A DNA stretch of 64,000 nucleotides from Candidatus Delongbacteria bacterium. GTDB taxonomy: Bacteria; UBA4055. Positions within the stretch are counted from its first letter, which is position 1. Every line of letters begins with the position of its first letter. This document shows, in pieces, positions 26,996 to 38,030 of this stretch. The DNA lies in NCBI GenBank assembly GCA_016937995.1, contig JAFGVM010000016.1:18570-82569 (forward strand), given 5' to 3'. Under the pieces are notes generated by a model. The model had not been told where the DNA came from and searched no databases. It saw nothing but the letters and a program-made list of their open reading frames with translations. Both the position numbers and the translations under genes were made by a program.

Positions 26996-28318
26996 CTAAT
27001 ACAGTGTTATATAATTGTCTATTTCCCACTTATGTACCTGGGAAGAATATTTTTGCCATTCTTTCTCTTTTGCATCAATGAACTGCTTTGCAATATGCTT
27101 ACCAAGACCATCAAGTATTACAGGATCTCTTTTTAAGTAATGTAATGCCTGGCTAAGGGTTGCTGGAAGTTTGCCGATCTTAAATTTTTCTTTCTCCTTT
27201 TCTGAAAAATCAAAAATATTTCCAACTACAGCATCAGGTGGATTGATCTTATTTTTGATACCGTCTAAACCTGCTTTCAAACAAGCTGCGATCGCGAGAT
27301 AAGGATTTGCTGATGGATCAGGAACTCTGAACTCAATTCTTGTAGAACTGCCTCTTTTATCAGGTATCCTGATCAAAGGACTTCTATTCTTTAACGACCA
27401 TGCAATATTTACCGGGGCTTCATATCCGGGCAGTAATCTTTTATACGAATTTACAAGAGGATTTGTAATTGCAACAATAGCTTTAGCATGTTCAAGAATA
27501 CCACCGATATAGTATAACGCTGTCTGGCTTAACTGATATTTACGTTTTGGATCATAAAAAGCATTCTTACCATTCTTGAATAATGATTGGTTCAAGTGCA
27601 TCCCCGAACCATTGATTCCATAAACAGGCTTAGGCAGAAAAGTAGCTAATAAACCGAACTGTTTAGCTACTTTTCGTACAATAAAGGTAAATGCTGTAAT
27701 ATTATCAGCTGTTTTGAGAGCACAGTCATATTTAAAATCAATTTCATGCTGACCGGCAGCTACTTCGTGATGTGAAGCTTCAATTTCGAATCCAAGGTTT
27801 TGTAATAATATAACTATTTCTTTTCTTACATCATCACCTTTATCTAATGGAGCAAGATCAAAATATCCTGCGTTATCGTGTATATCTAAAGATGTCTCCC
27901 CTTTCTCATCTAAGTTGAAGAGAAAAAATTCAGGTTCAGGTCCAACATACATTTCAAATCCCATATCTTTTGCCTCACGAACAACTTTTTTCAAAGCATA
28001 TCTTGGACAACCCTCAAATGGTCTCTCATCAGTAGTGTATACGTCACAAAGCAACCTTGCAGTTTTATTCCGGTCACCACCCCATGGAAAAATAAAGAAA
28101 GTGCTCGGATCAGGTTTTAATAACATATCGGATTCTTCGATCCTTGTAAAACCGTCAATTGAAGAACCATCAAACATTATTTCACCGTTCAAAGCTTTTT
28201 GGAACTGACTTTTTGGTACTTCTACATTTTTTTGAATACCAAGTATATCAATGAATTGCAGTCTTAAAAATTCTACATTTTCTTTTGACAATTTTTCTAA
28301 TACCTGTTTTTTGTTCAT
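26996..28318 (-). CDS. glnA: Glutamine synthetase (type I-like, 440 aa)
   Basis: GS beta-grasp and catalytic motifs (GPEPEFFLF, NGSGMHLNQSLF). Confidence 0.85.
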   Translation of the reverse strand: MNKKQVLEKLSKENVEFLRLQFIDILGIQKNVEVPKSQFQKALNGEIMFDGSSIDGFTRIEESDMLLKPDPSTFFIFPWGGDRNKTARLLCDVYTTDERPFEGCPRYALKKVVREAKDMGFEMYVGPEPEFFLFNLDEKGETSLDIHDNAGYFDLAPLDKGDDVRKEIVILLQNLGFEIEASHHEVAAGQHEIDFKYDCALKTADNITAFTFIVRKVAKQFGLLATFLPKPVYGINGSGMHLNQSLFKNGKNAFYDPKRKYQLSQTALYYIGGILEHAKAIVAITNPLVNSYKRLLPGYEAPVNIAWSLKNRSPLIRIPDKRGSSTRIEFRVPDPSANPYLAIAACLKAGLDGIKNKINPPDAVVGNIFDFSEKEKEKFKIGKLPATLSQALHYLKRDPVILDGLGKHIAKQFIDAKEKEWQKYSSQVHKWEIDNYITLY

Positions 28319-28330
28319 GATCAGCTCCTT

Positions 28331-29461
28331 TTATATAATTTTCATTAATTCATATACAAATATTTTCATCCATTTTCTTCCTGACTGATAAGATTGGATC
28401 CTGTCTGAATTTACTTTAATTATCTTAAAATTATGGTCAGCGATATTTTTTTCAAAATTTTCGATAGCTTTTTCCCCGCTGTTATCTGAGAATCCAAGTA
28501 ATATTCTCCCGTTATCCTTTAGATGATCACCTGACTGTAACAGGAATTCAACCAACAAAGTTTGATCTTTATCATTTAAAGCTAGTTCACTTCTATTATT
28601 TGCACGTGCATCGATCCATGGTGGATTAAATACTATCAAATCGAAATTCTTATCAATGTTGTTGAAAAGATAACCCGGATTAAGATTAATTAATTTATTT
28701 TTCCCTTCTTTATCATCTTGTAATTTTCTAAGATTTAGTTCTGAAGATGCAATAGATTCCGGCAAAATGTCAGTAAAATATATTTCCGATCTAACCAGTT
28801 GATCATATAAAATATATGATAATACACCTGAACCACAACCCATATCAAGAACCGATAGATTACATTTTTTTGAAACTCCGGATATAGATTTTTTAAAAAG
28901 ATTATAGGTTTCCTGAGATTTTGGAAGAAGAACATTTATTCCGGTTCTAAATTCATTTCCAACCGCTTCTACAAATATACTTTCTGAGAGTTTATTTTGT
29001 AGGTCACGATAGAACTTAAATGGGATAATAAAATTTTTATCATTATGCTTAATTGTAGAACCGCAAAAATAAATCAGGTCATTGATCTCTGTTCCATCAT
29101 CGTAAGTGATGATCTTTTCATTTTTACCGACTATCAGAATATGATTCAAGACATTCTTCTTTTTTGTTTCGAAGAGATATTTCTTATTCCTGTTGTTGTC
29201 TTTTGATTTTATTTCTGATCTTTGATCGTGAGAAATAAACTCATCTATCTTTCTTTCTACAAAATCATATAATTTTATTATGTCTTTTTGAGAGGCTTGT
29301 TCAATTAATATAAAATGTCCGTTCTTAATTTCTTTCGAAATTTTGTTCAAATTTTGAATACTTTTATCATTATATATCTTGAGTGAAGTAGAGTCACTGA
29401 TGAATTCTTTAAATAGATCAGGTACAATTATCTCTTTGCCGTTTTTTAGAGAAACAATCAC
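28331..29461 (-). CDS. Class I SAM-dependent N-methyltransferase (small MTase domain, NPPW motif) with unknown N-terminal domain
   Basis: Motif I VLDMGCGSGVLS. Motif IV LIVFNPPW. Confidence 0.6.
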   Translation of the reverse strand: MIVSLKNGKEIIVPDLFKEFISDSTSLKIYNDKSIQNLNKISKEIKNGHFILIEQASQKDIIKLYDFVERKIDEFISHDQRSEIKSKDNNRNKKYLFETKKKNVLNHILIVGKNEKIITYDDGTEINDLIYFCGSTIKHNDKNFIIPFKFYRDLQNKLSESIFVEAVGNEFRTGINVLLPKSQETYNLFKKSISGVSKKCNLSVLDMGCGSGVLSYILYDQLVRSEIYFTDILPESIASSELNLRKLQDDKEGKNKLINLNPGYLFNNIDKNFDLIVFNPPWIDARANNRSELALNDKDQTLLVEFLLQSGDHLKDNGRILLGFSDNSGEKAIENFEKNIADHNFKIIKVNSDRIQSYQSGRKWMKIFVYELMKII

Positions 29462-29544
29462 CTTAATTTTCTTGTTGAATATTAATCCTTAATCATCAAA
29501 ATATAAACATTTTCAAAAATGAAAACAATACAAATAAACTTCTT

Positions 29545-30084
29545 TTATTTCTTGTACTTGATCACTCCTTCAATCAAAAGTATTTCACCGAAATAAATTC
29601 GGTGATAATCATTTGCATTATAATTTTCATCTATTTTATTGTCTAAAAAATTCTTTGGTCTAATATCATCCCAATAGATCTTTTTACATTCTATGATCAA
29701 TTCTGCTTCATCAAATCCTGGAGAAGATATTTTTTTCGAAGAAATGACTGTAAGTTCAGATTTGTTGATTTTATTTTCGTCTTTTCCACTCACAGTTCCA
29801 AGATATTTAAGTTTGTCATTATACTTATCAGGAAAAGCTGTTAATGTAAATGAATCATATTTTTCCATGTATTTAAAAGTATGTCTTGTAGGTCTTACTA
29901 CGACCTGAACGAATGGTTTGTTCCACATAACCCCGATGCTTCCCCATCCCACTGTCATAGTATTATAATCTGCGGATTCATAACTCCCTGATGTTAGCAG
30001 CATCCATTTCTTTGACCATAATTTTATAAGATCTGAATTGAAATCATTCGGCTCAATTATAATTCTTTCCATTTTCATCTCCAC
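29545..30084 (-). CDS. Flavin reductase-like domain protein (putative)
   Basis: Weak resemblance to the PF01613 pattern (..LLTSGSYESADYNTMTVGWGS..). Confidence 0.4.
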   Translation of the reverse strand: MEMKMERIIIEPNDFNSDLIKLWSKKWMLLTSGSYESADYNTMTVGWGSIGVMWNKPFVQVVVRPTRHTFKYMEKYDSFTLTAFPDKYNDKLKYLGTVSGKDENKINKSELTVISSKKISSPGFDEAELIIECKKIYWDDIRPKNFLDNKIDENYNANDYHRIYFGEILLIEGVIKYKK

Positions 30085-30144
30085 TTTTTATATTATACAA
30101 AATATAGTAAGAAGTTGAGGTAAAGTAAACGATATATAACATAA

Positions 30145-30594
30145 ATGGGATCACAGATGAAAATTATAGCTCAGAGAGTATCAACTTCAAAAGTAATAGT
30201 TAATGGTGTAATAATTTCAGATTTAGGATACGGTCTTCTTTTATATGTTGGATTTTCAAAAACTGATACCATGAAAGATGTTGAATTCCTGGCCGATAGA
30301 ATATTAAATCTCAGAATTTTTGAAGATGAGACAGGTAAAATGAACTTATCAGTAAATGAAGTAAATGGTCAAATAAATATTATTTCTCAATTCACATTAT
30401 ATGCAGATACAAAAAAAGGAAGAAGACCTGGATTTTCTGATGCAATGGAACCTGAAAAAGCAAAAGAACTTTATGAATATTTTATCAAATTATTAAAATT
30501 TTCCAAGCTGATTGTGGGTGAGGGTTCTTTCGGTGATTTTATGAAAATAGAATCTACAAACGAAGGTCCCGCTACTTTTATACTTGAAAAATAA
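30145..30594 (+). CDS. dtd: D-aminoacyl-tRNA deacylase
   Basis: 149 aa. Conserved ISQFTLYAD..KGRRPGF C-terminal motif. Confidence 0.85.
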   Translation: MGSQMKIIAQRVSTSKVIVNGVIISDLGYGLLLYVGFSKTDTMKDVEFLADRILNLRIFEDETGKMNLSVNEVNGQINIISQFTLYADTKKGRRPGFSDAMEPEKAKELYEYFIKLLKFSKLIVGEGSFGDFMKIESTNEGPATFILEK

Positions 30595-30714
30595 AATTGA
30601 TTTTAATTTTCGGAATATCTTAATAATTTTTTAGTCTATTGACTTTAAGATATCCATCGATTATCTTTTTAATAAATTTGATGCAGTATAAAAATGAATA
30701 GATAGGAATCAATC

Positions 30715-31350
30715 ATGATATTTGATGCAATATTAATTATCCTTTTATATATGTCCTTAAAAAAAGCCGGTGAAAAAGGATGTACTGATGATTTAAACTT
30801 TTCTTTAGCATTTTTAATTTCTGTACGCTTTGCTGGTTCTTTTTATACTACACTGAGTGGTATTTTACAAAATTTTATCACAGCTTCTGAAAATATAACA
30901 ATTTATGCTTCATATGTGATCTTATTAGCTGTTGTTTTGTATTTTTATAATATCATTTTAGGCAAAAATATTATTGAATTCGGGAAAAAAATTCCAAAAA
31001 AAACCGGAACTTTATTAACTTATATTTTTTCTGTATTCAAAACAGTTATCATTTATTCAGTGATATTCTCGTTCCTGTATACTATTCCTCTTATACAATC
31101 TATAAAAGAGAAAAATCCCATCCTTATTAAACCTTTTTCATACCAACTGACTTATGGTGTGATCGGACATAATAGTGAACAGGTTCTGAGTAGATTAAGA
31201 ACAAATCTTCTTGAGTTAAATCTTGGTTTTTTTGAAAAACAAAAGGAAATTCATAAAAAAGGAGCCAATAAATCTTTAGATGCAGTTAAACACCATCAGG
31301 ATTTAAAAGATTTTGTTAAAGATGATGATAAAAAGGAAAAAGAAGAATAA
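30715..31350 (+). CDS. Hypothetical membrane protein with K/E-rich tail
   Basis: Four to five predicted TM helices. No recognisable motif. Confidence 0.35.
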   Translation: MIFDAILIILLYMSLKKAGEKGCTDDLNFSLAFLISVRFAGSFYTTLSGILQNFITASENITIYASYVILLAVVLYFYNIILGKNIIEFGKKIPKKTGTLLTYIFSVFKTVIIYSVIFSFLYTIPLIQSIKEKNPILIKPFSYQLTYGVIGHNSEQVLSRLRTNLLELNLGFFEKQKEIHKKGANKSLDAVKHHQDLKDFVKDDDKKEKEE

Positions 31351-31351
31351 T

Positions 31352-33640
31352 TTAGAATTTTAAAGGTATTGAAATTGTAAACTTACTACCCTTACCATAT
31401 TTACTTTCAATCCATATCTTCCCATTATGTTTTTTTACAAATTCTTCACAAAGTAACAAACCTATTCCCGTACCTTTTTCATTCGATGTGCCCATAGTTA
31501 CAAAATGCTTATCCATTGAAAACAATTTCTTTTGATCTTTTTTCTTTATTCCAACTCCATCATCATGTACAGAGATAGTTGTACCCTGTTTATTCTTTGA
31601 AGATGAAATTGTTATATTACCGTCTTTATTAGTGAATTTTATAGAATTTGTTATCAAATTTCGCAATACAGTTCTAATCATATTTTTATCAGCATATATT
31701 CCGAGATTTTTTTTCATTTTGATCTTCATTGAAATATTTTTCATTTTCGCGCTTTGATTCAACAATAAAAATGTGGACTCAACAATTTCATATAAATTGA
31801 AATTTACGGGTTGAAACTGTTTTTTCCCACTTTGACTTCTTGACCATTCAAGTAAATTCTCTATTAGCTTTAAAATATGTTTTGACGATAATCTTATAGT
31901 ACTGATATATTCTACTCTTTTGGTCTCGGATAATTCTTTATAATAACTGGCTAGAATTTCCGATGTAGTATATAGTATTGAAAAAGGATTTTTTAGATCA
32001 TGTGCTAAAATATTAAAAAACCTGTCTTTTGAAGCATTTATTCTTTGCAATTCCTTTCTGGAATCCCTCAATTTCTCATTTGATTCTATCAGTTGAATAT
32101 TTTTCAATTTATATATTTCATTTTCTTTTTCTTTTTTCTCATTTTCATGTTTTAAGTACATATTAAATATCTCATTTTGCTTTTGAATATTTAATATTTC
32201 GTCATGAATATTTATAAATTTTTTATAACATTCTAACGATTTTTTGTATTTTCTCTGATCAGAATATATTTGGGACATTAGTTCATAATCATCCTGCAAT
32301 ACGTCTTTATGATCATATTTTTTAGCAATATTAAAACTCTTTTTTGAATACTCTTCTGCGTGTTTATAATCGTTTATTGTAAAATATAGTTTCGCTATGT
32401 TTATATAGGTTGTTGACAAACTTTTCTTTTCACCAAGTTCTTCAATTATTTTCATTGATTTATGCAGATGTTCTAAAGCTTTATCATGATCATTTAGTTT
32501 AAGATAAAGCATTCCAATACTTTTAAGAGTTTCAGCAACTCCAGTTCTATCAGCATCTTTAGTCCTAATATTTAAAGATTTTTTGTAATAATCCAAAGCC
32601 TTTTTAAAATCTTTCTTATTTTGATAAATATTCCCAAGGTTGTTATAAGAATCAGATATCCCTCTTCTGCTATTCATTTTTATTCTAAGATCGATTGCAT
32701 TGCTTTCATACTCAAGAGCTTTATCGTAATCTACAAGTTTATTAAACACGCTCCCAATATTACTTAGCGAATTGGCAATAGTAAGCAAATTATTAGATCT
32801 CTCTTTAATTTTGAGAGATTTAAACTGATATTTAAGAGCTTCAGAGTATAGTGCCATATCATAGTAAACTAATCCCAGATTATTTAAAACAAATGAAGAT
32901 TCTTTGATTAATTTTAAATCTTCAAATATCTTTAAAGCTTGATGACCAGTCTCCAATGCTTTCTTGAATTCACCTTTCTTATGATAAACAACCATCAAAT
33001 TATTTAAAGATGAACAAATCGATTTTTTAGATTCTTTATTCTTTTTTTTCAATTCGAAAGAATCATTCAGATATTTCAAAGCTTTTTTGTATTCACTTTG
33101 ATAATAATAATTTAGACCGATCCTATTTAAAGTTTGGGTTATTCCTTTGGATAATTTAAGCTCTTCTCGAATTTTAAGAGCTTTTTTTAAGTATTTCATA
33201 CTATCATTGTAATTTTCAATGGAAGCATAAGAATAGCCTATCGAATGATATAATATCGACAATACTCTCTTGTTACTTTTAGGTGTGATCTTTAAAGCTT
33301 GTAGAAAATAATCCAATGCCGATAAGAAATCATATTGCTCAATCTTAAGTAAACCAAGATTCTTAAGCAACCCAGGTTCTTTTAGTTTAAGGTCTTCTTT
33401 TTTAATAATATTTAAAGCTTTAATATAATGTTTTTCTGCTTCAGCATAATTTTTCTGCTCAAAATAAATGCCACCATAATTTATCAATGACACAGCTTCA
33501 TCGTGCTTATTTTTATTTTGAATACTTAATTTTAAAGTATTTTGAATTTCTTGAATTGATTTATCATACTTATGTTCAAAATAATTTTCTTGAGTATCAA
33601 ATTTATTTTTGTTTTTCAAATTCATAATCTGATCTATCAA
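31352..33640 (-). CDS. Cytoplasmic TPR-repeat sensor histidine kinase (no receiver, no TM)
   Basis: About 12 TPR units, a coiled coil, H-box FFNILAHDLKNPF and G2 box GTGIGLLLCEEF. Confidence 0.8.
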   Translation of the reverse strand: MIDQIMNLKNKNKFDTQENYFEHKYDKSIQEIQNTLKLSIQNKNKHDEAVSLINYGGIYFEQKNYAEAEKHYIKALNIIKKEDLKLKEPGLLKNLGLLKIEQYDFLSALDYFLQALKITPKSNKRVLSILYHSIGYSYASIENYNDSMKYLKKALKIREELKLSKGITQTLNRIGLNYYYQSEYKKALKYLNDSFELKKKNKESKKSICSSLNNLMVVYHKKGEFKKALETGHQALKIFEDLKLIKESSFVLNNLGLVYYDMALYSEALKYQFKSLKIKERSNNLLTIANSLSNIGSVFNKLVDYDKALEYESNAIDLRIKMNSRRGISDSYNNLGNIYQNKKDFKKALDYYKKSLNIRTKDADRTGVAETLKSIGMLYLKLNDHDKALEHLHKSMKIIEELGEKKSLSTTYINIAKLYFTINDYKHAEEYSKKSFNIAKKYDHKDVLQDDYELMSQIYSDQRKYKKSLECYKKFINIHDEILNIQKQNEIFNMYLKHENEKKEKENEIYKLKNIQLIESNEKLRDSRKELQRINASKDRFFNILAHDLKNPFSILYTTSEILASYYKELSETKRVEYISTIRLSSKHILKLIENLLEWSRSQSGKKQFQPVNFNLYEIVESTFLLLNQSAKMKNISMKIKMKKNLGIYADKNMIRTVLRNLITNSIKFTNKDGNITISSSKNKQGTTISVHDDGVGIKKKDQKKLFSMDKHFVTMGTSNEKGTGIGLLLCEEFVKKHNGKIWIESKYGKGSKFTISIPLKF

Positions 33641-35331
33641 ATATCTTCACTGGATTTTACACAATTCTTACCTGTGTTCTTTCCATAATACAATGCTTCG
33701 TCTGCCTTATTAATACTATAATCGATGTCCATGATCCTGTCGTAGACATGTACTCCGAATGTCATTGTTATCTTCAACTTAATATCACGATAATAAAATA
33801 TCTCATTCTCAATTTTTTTTCTTATTTTTTCTGCTACCAGCATTCCACCTTCAAGACTTGTTTTTGGCATGAGGAAAATAAATTCTTCTCCACCCCAGCG
33901 ACCTATATTATCCTGCTTTCTTAAAACTGATCTCATCAAATTGGCTAAATTAACCAGTACAAAATCTCCGCAGTCATGTCCGTAGTTATCGTTGAACCCT
34001 TTAAAATTATCTATATCAGATATCATTACTACAAATGACTCATTACTTCTTTCATATTTAAGGGCTTCATATTTTATTTTATCCAAAATATCTCTACGGT
34101 TCGATAATCTTGTCAAAGGATCTGTTCTGGCCAAAATATCCAGTTTTAAATAAGCTTCAGTAAGCTCTTTATTCTTTTTGTTTATTGTATCGTTAGCTCT
34201 TGTTAGATCCTTAATATATTTTGCAAGCTCAACATTTTTTAATCTATAAATTTCAGCTTCTTTTTCCTTTTGTTCAGAAATATATTTTGACTGTATTTCC
34301 GCTATATTACCTGATAATTCACCATAAACTGATTCATTGATTTTTGAATATTCTTTTAAACTCTCATAAGCTTTTTTATATTCTTTCATTTGTGAGTACA
34401 ACTCAGCAAATATTTCATAACTTTCCTGTATAACATCTTTGGAACCTATTTCTTTAGATTGCTCTAAAGCTATCTTTAGATATTTTTCGGCTTTTTTATA
34501 ATCTTTAAGTTTCATATATGTTCTGGCTGTTTCATTAGAAGTATTAGCATGGTTATACTTCATATTCAGATCTTCAGAAATTTTTAAAGCTTTCAAAAAA
34601 TTTTCCAAAGCAGTTTTATTGTCACCTTTATCTCTATAGATTATACCAAGATTATTATAAATTGAAGTATGTTCCTTTATATTATCGGTCTTGTCATACA
34701 ATTCCTTTGCTTTGAAATAATAATCTAATGCTTTATCATAATCTAGCAAAGCGGAGAATAGATTGCCTATATTATTGTATGATTTAGCTATAGCAACATC
34801 ATCTTTCAATTGTTTTCTGATCTTAAGTGATCTTTGATAGTGCTCAAGTGCTTTATTATAGTTTTTTAGTCTGTAGTAAATATTACCGATAGTGTTGAGA
34901 GAATCAGATATTCCCTTTTTATCACTGATCTCTTCTCTGATTTTCAACGACTTTAGATAGTACTCCAAAGCTTGATCATAATTACTCAATCTGAAATTAA
35001 CTTCACCGATATGGTTAAGAAAATTAGCCTGTTTTTTATCGTTTTTATTATTTTTAGATAATTCCAAACCCGTTTGATAATATATCAGAGCTTTATCATA
35101 CTCACTTTTTTCTCGGTATATATCACCTATCTTAACATAGATATCTGACTTTTTTACTTTGGTCAATATTTTATGACTAAGTTCAAGTGCCTGAAGATTA
35201 TAATCAAGACATTTATCAAGTGAAATATTCTGATAAATATCTGCAAGCTTATTTAGTATATCATATTTTTCTTTGCCTGAAGTTTTGCTTAAAAATTCCT
35301 CCAGCTCAGTAACTTCTTTCATACTGTTCAC
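33637..35331 (-). CDS. TPR-repeat diguanylate cyclase (GGDEF domain, GGEEF active site)
   Basis: TPR units plus RWGGEEF and DIDNFKGFND motifs. Overlaps the HK gene by 4 bp. Confidence 0.8.
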   Translation of the reverse strand: MNSMKEVTELEEFLSKTSGKEKYDILNKLADIYQNISLDKCLDYNLQALELSHKILTKVKKSDIYVKIGDIYREKSEYDKALIYYQTGLELSKNNKNDKKQANFLNHIGEVNFRLSNYDQALEYYLKSLKIREEISDKKGISDSLNTIGNIYYRLKNYNKALEHYQRSLKIRKQLKDDVAIAKSYNNIGNLFSALLDYDKALDYYFKAKELYDKTDNIKEHTSIYNNLGIIYRDKGDNKTALENFLKALKISEDLNMKYNHANTSNETARTYMKLKDYKKAEKYLKIALEQSKEIGSKDVIQESYEIFAELYSQMKEYKKAYESLKEYSKINESVYGELSGNIAEIQSKYISEQKEKEAEIYRLKNVELAKYIKDLTRANDTINKKNKELTEAYLKLDILARTDPLTRLSNRRDILDKIKYEALKYERSNESFVVMISDIDNFKGFNDNYGHDCGDFVLVNLANLMRSVLRKQDNIGRWGGEEFIFLMPKTSLEGGMLVAEKIRKKIENEIFYYRDIKLKITMTFGVHVYDRIMDIDYSINKADEALYYGKNTGKNCVKSSEDI

Positions 35332-35367
35332 CTCTGCAATATTCTTTTAATATTTTTGAATACAATA

Positions 35368-36498
35368 TTAATTTTTTACCAGCCAGTCCTCTGATTTTTT
35401 AAGTATGTCCTTGGTAAGAGAGTACTTTCCATCTATTTCGTGATAATCTACACTTATACCACTTTTTTGTAAGCCCTCTTTTAATTTTATGCATTGTTCC
35501 TGATCAATAAATTGATCGTCTGAACTGTTTGCAATAAATAATTTAAGATTTTTAACTTTATTCAATTCATCCTGAGTAATATTGTCAATATCATACTTGG
35601 TTCCAAATGCTATTAACCCATCAACTAACTTAGGATATTTTAAAGCAACATTGAATCCTACTGTAGTTCCCTGATGTAGTCCAAGTAGATAAACATTGTT
35701 AACTTTGTTATTACTTTTAATCTCCTGAATGATCGAAACAAGATAATCCTCGCTTATCTTATTTGATCTATCGAGTATGCTTTCTGTTTGATCTTCAATC
35801 TCCCATCTAAATTCCTTTGCAAGACCGATCTGAACTGGAAAAGGAGCTTGTGGAACTGCGAAGACGAACTCAGGTAAATAAAAATATTTCCATATTTTCA
35901 CGAACTGGTCATGACTTCCTGCATAACCATGCAATCCAATAACAAGATCATACTTTTTATCAGGATGGAAATCTAAAGGCTTTACGAGTCGATAACTCAT
36001 AATATTCTTCGATTCAATGTGATATATTTCTCCCAGATTTTTTATCATTTGACCGATACTATCAATTGCAGTATCGAAAATTTCAGTACCTCTAACTTTA
36101 TCAAAATCTGCATCGTTTTTAATATATTTAAAATCTACGAAACCAAGTTCCACGGCTTTATATAAAAATTTGGCCGATAATTTTGGTTTACCCATCAGAC
36201 CATAAGTACATGAAAGGTTGTAAGTGGATATAATATCGAAAACATTGTGACTCAACATATACAAATAGTACTGTGCAGCTTTTTCATAATTTTTTTCCCA
36301 ATATGCTTCATCAGCAGTGATCATGTAGTCTCTCAAATTTTCATTTAGAAAATCCCCAACATCTTCAGATAGTGGGTCAATTTTATCGGGACTTGACCAA
36401 TCTTTTATTGAAACAACTTTCTGCTCACTGACTTTTGTTCTCTCGCATGATATTAACAATAATATTGTAGTTACGATAAGCAATATTCTCATCTTCAT
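35368..36498 (-). CDS. Lipoprotein with TPR-like N-terminus and alpha/beta-hydrolase (phospholipase/carboxylesterase-like) C-terminus, possibly inactive
   Basis: Lipobox LLISC. LHGYAGS and GLHQGTT appear where a GxSxG nucleophile elbow is expected. Confidence 0.45.
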   Translation of the reverse strand: MKMRILLIVTTILLLISCERTKVSEQKVVSIKDWSSPDKIDPLSEDVGDFLNENLRDYMITADEAYWEKNYEKAAQYYLYMLSHNVFDIISTYNLSCTYGLMGKPKLSAKFLYKAVELGFVDFKYIKNDADFDKVRGTEIFDTAIDSIGQMIKNLGEIYHIESKNIMSYRLVKPLDFHPDKKYDLVIGLHGYAGSHDQFVKIWKYFYLPEFVFAVPQAPFPVQIGLAKEFRWEIEDQTESILDRSNKISEDYLVSIIQEIKSNNKVNNVYLLGLHQGTTVGFNVALKYPKLVDGLIAFGTKYDIDNITQDELNKVKNLKLFIANSSDDQFIDQEQCIKLKEGLQKSGISVDYHEIDGKYSLTKDILKKSEDWLVKN

Positions 36499-36637
36499 TT
36501 TTCACCACCATTATTAGTTTTAATATTTTAATTTTATTTTATACCTGTCAACCTAACTTCTATTACAAAATACTCAACTTGTACACCATTGTCAAACTAA
36601 TAAATATTTCAATTCACTATTTTGCATTGCAATTTTT

Positions 36638-37924
36638 CTAAAGAATTAATGTCAATTCTTCTTCTATATTTCTAACATTTTTATCATGATCTTCATAAAC
36701 CATTTTTATAGTTAAATCACTTCTTTCGTAGTAGTAGTTTTTCCTGTCGTTAAAAATAGTCTCGAGATCTTCTTTCAAGTTGTTTGAATAAAGTAACGGT
36801 CTTTTATCCTTCTGATTCAATTCAGAGTTATACATTCTTGTTAGGTCTTCTGTAGGCATATGAAGGTTAATAACGATAAAATTATCATTTAATATTTTTT
36901 TTACATCTTCCGTTAAAACACTTCCAGCTCCAAATGCAACTAAACTATCTTTCAAGTTTACAAATTTTTTTATTACTTCCTTCTCCATTTCTCTGAATTT
37001 ATTTTCCCCGCTTTTTTTAAAGATCTCTTTAATTTTTGTTTGAGTATCAAGTTCTATTAAATTATCGGTATCATAAAATTTTTTATTCAACTTCTTCGCA
37101 AGAATTTCTCCATAAAATGATTTACCCACTCCCGGCATTCCGATAAAAGCAATATTTGAATGTTTTATTGTATTTTGCTCTGTACTACTTTTCATCAATG
37201 AATAATTTGGTGATTTATCAAAAAATTTTTCAAATGTTTTTGATGCTTGTTTAACCAGCCAATCATGACCATCTATATATCTGGATGAAATTATTGATAA
37301 TTTATTCAGATCATAATTTGCATCAATTATTATCGAATTTTTTAACGAATCTTTGAAGTCGATATCAAAACTTTTCACCGCAATAACTACAAGATAAGCA
37401 TCGTGCTGATCACTTATAAAATCTTTGAACATAATATGATTGCAATTGAACTTCTTTGATAAATCAAGTGATTTCGAATCGGTTCTATTAGTTGAATAAA
37501 TTATTGCACCGAGCATTTTTAATGCATATATGGCTGCTTTGGCAGCACCTCCTGAACCAACAACTATGCATTTTCTATTTTTAACATCTAAACCACTTTT
37601 AATTATCGTATGCTCAACTCCATAAACATCCGTATTGAATCCATATAAATGCTCTCCCTTTCTGACAATAGTGTTCACCGCATTTATTTCATTTGCAACA
37701 TTATCGATCTTATCGAGAAATGGCAATACTGTTTCTTTAAATGGAGAAGTAATATTTGCACCGGAAAGTTCATATTGATCGAATATTTGAATTATTTCTG
37801 AAGCAGAATTTACCCTAACAGGTTTGTATGTATTATCCTGCTTATATTCTTGAAATATATAATTGAATATCTGTGGACTTTTGCTGTGAGATACTGGATT
37901 TCCAAAAATTGCATATTTCTTCAT
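36638..37924 (-). CDS. aroE/aroK: Bifunctional shikimate dehydrogenase / shikimate kinase fusion
   Basis: N-terminal YAIFGNPVSHSKSPQIF (AroE). C-terminal IAFIGMPGVGKSFYGEILAKKL P-loop (AroK). Confidence 0.8.
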   Translation of the reverse strand: MKKYAIFGNPVSHSKSPQIFNYIFQEYKQDNTYKPVRVNSASEIIQIFDQYELSGANITSPFKETVLPFLDKIDNVANEINAVNTIVRKGEHLYGFNTDVYGVEHTIIKSGLDVKNRKCIVVGSGGAAKAAIYALKMLGAIIYSTNRTDSKSLDLSKKFNCNHIMFKDFISDQHDAYLVVIAVKSFDIDFKDSLKNSIIIDANYDLNKLSIISSRYIDGHDWLVKQASKTFEKFFDKSPNYSLMKSSTEQNTIKHSNIAFIGMPGVGKSFYGEILAKKLNKKFYDTDNLIELDTQTKIKEIFKKSGENKFREMEKEVIKKFVNLKDSLVAFGAGSVLTEDVKKILNDNFIVINLHMPTEDLTRMYNSELNQKDKRPLLYSNNLKEDLETIFNDRKNYYYERSDLTIKMVYEDHDKNVRNIEEELTLIL

Positions 37925-38030
37925 TTACCAGCTCCATTGAACTAACTTATCATCTCACTGTTTATGATTCAAAATATTATTCTAAATACTTTATATCTGA
38001 ACTAATAATCGAGCAAATTTTTGTCTATTT

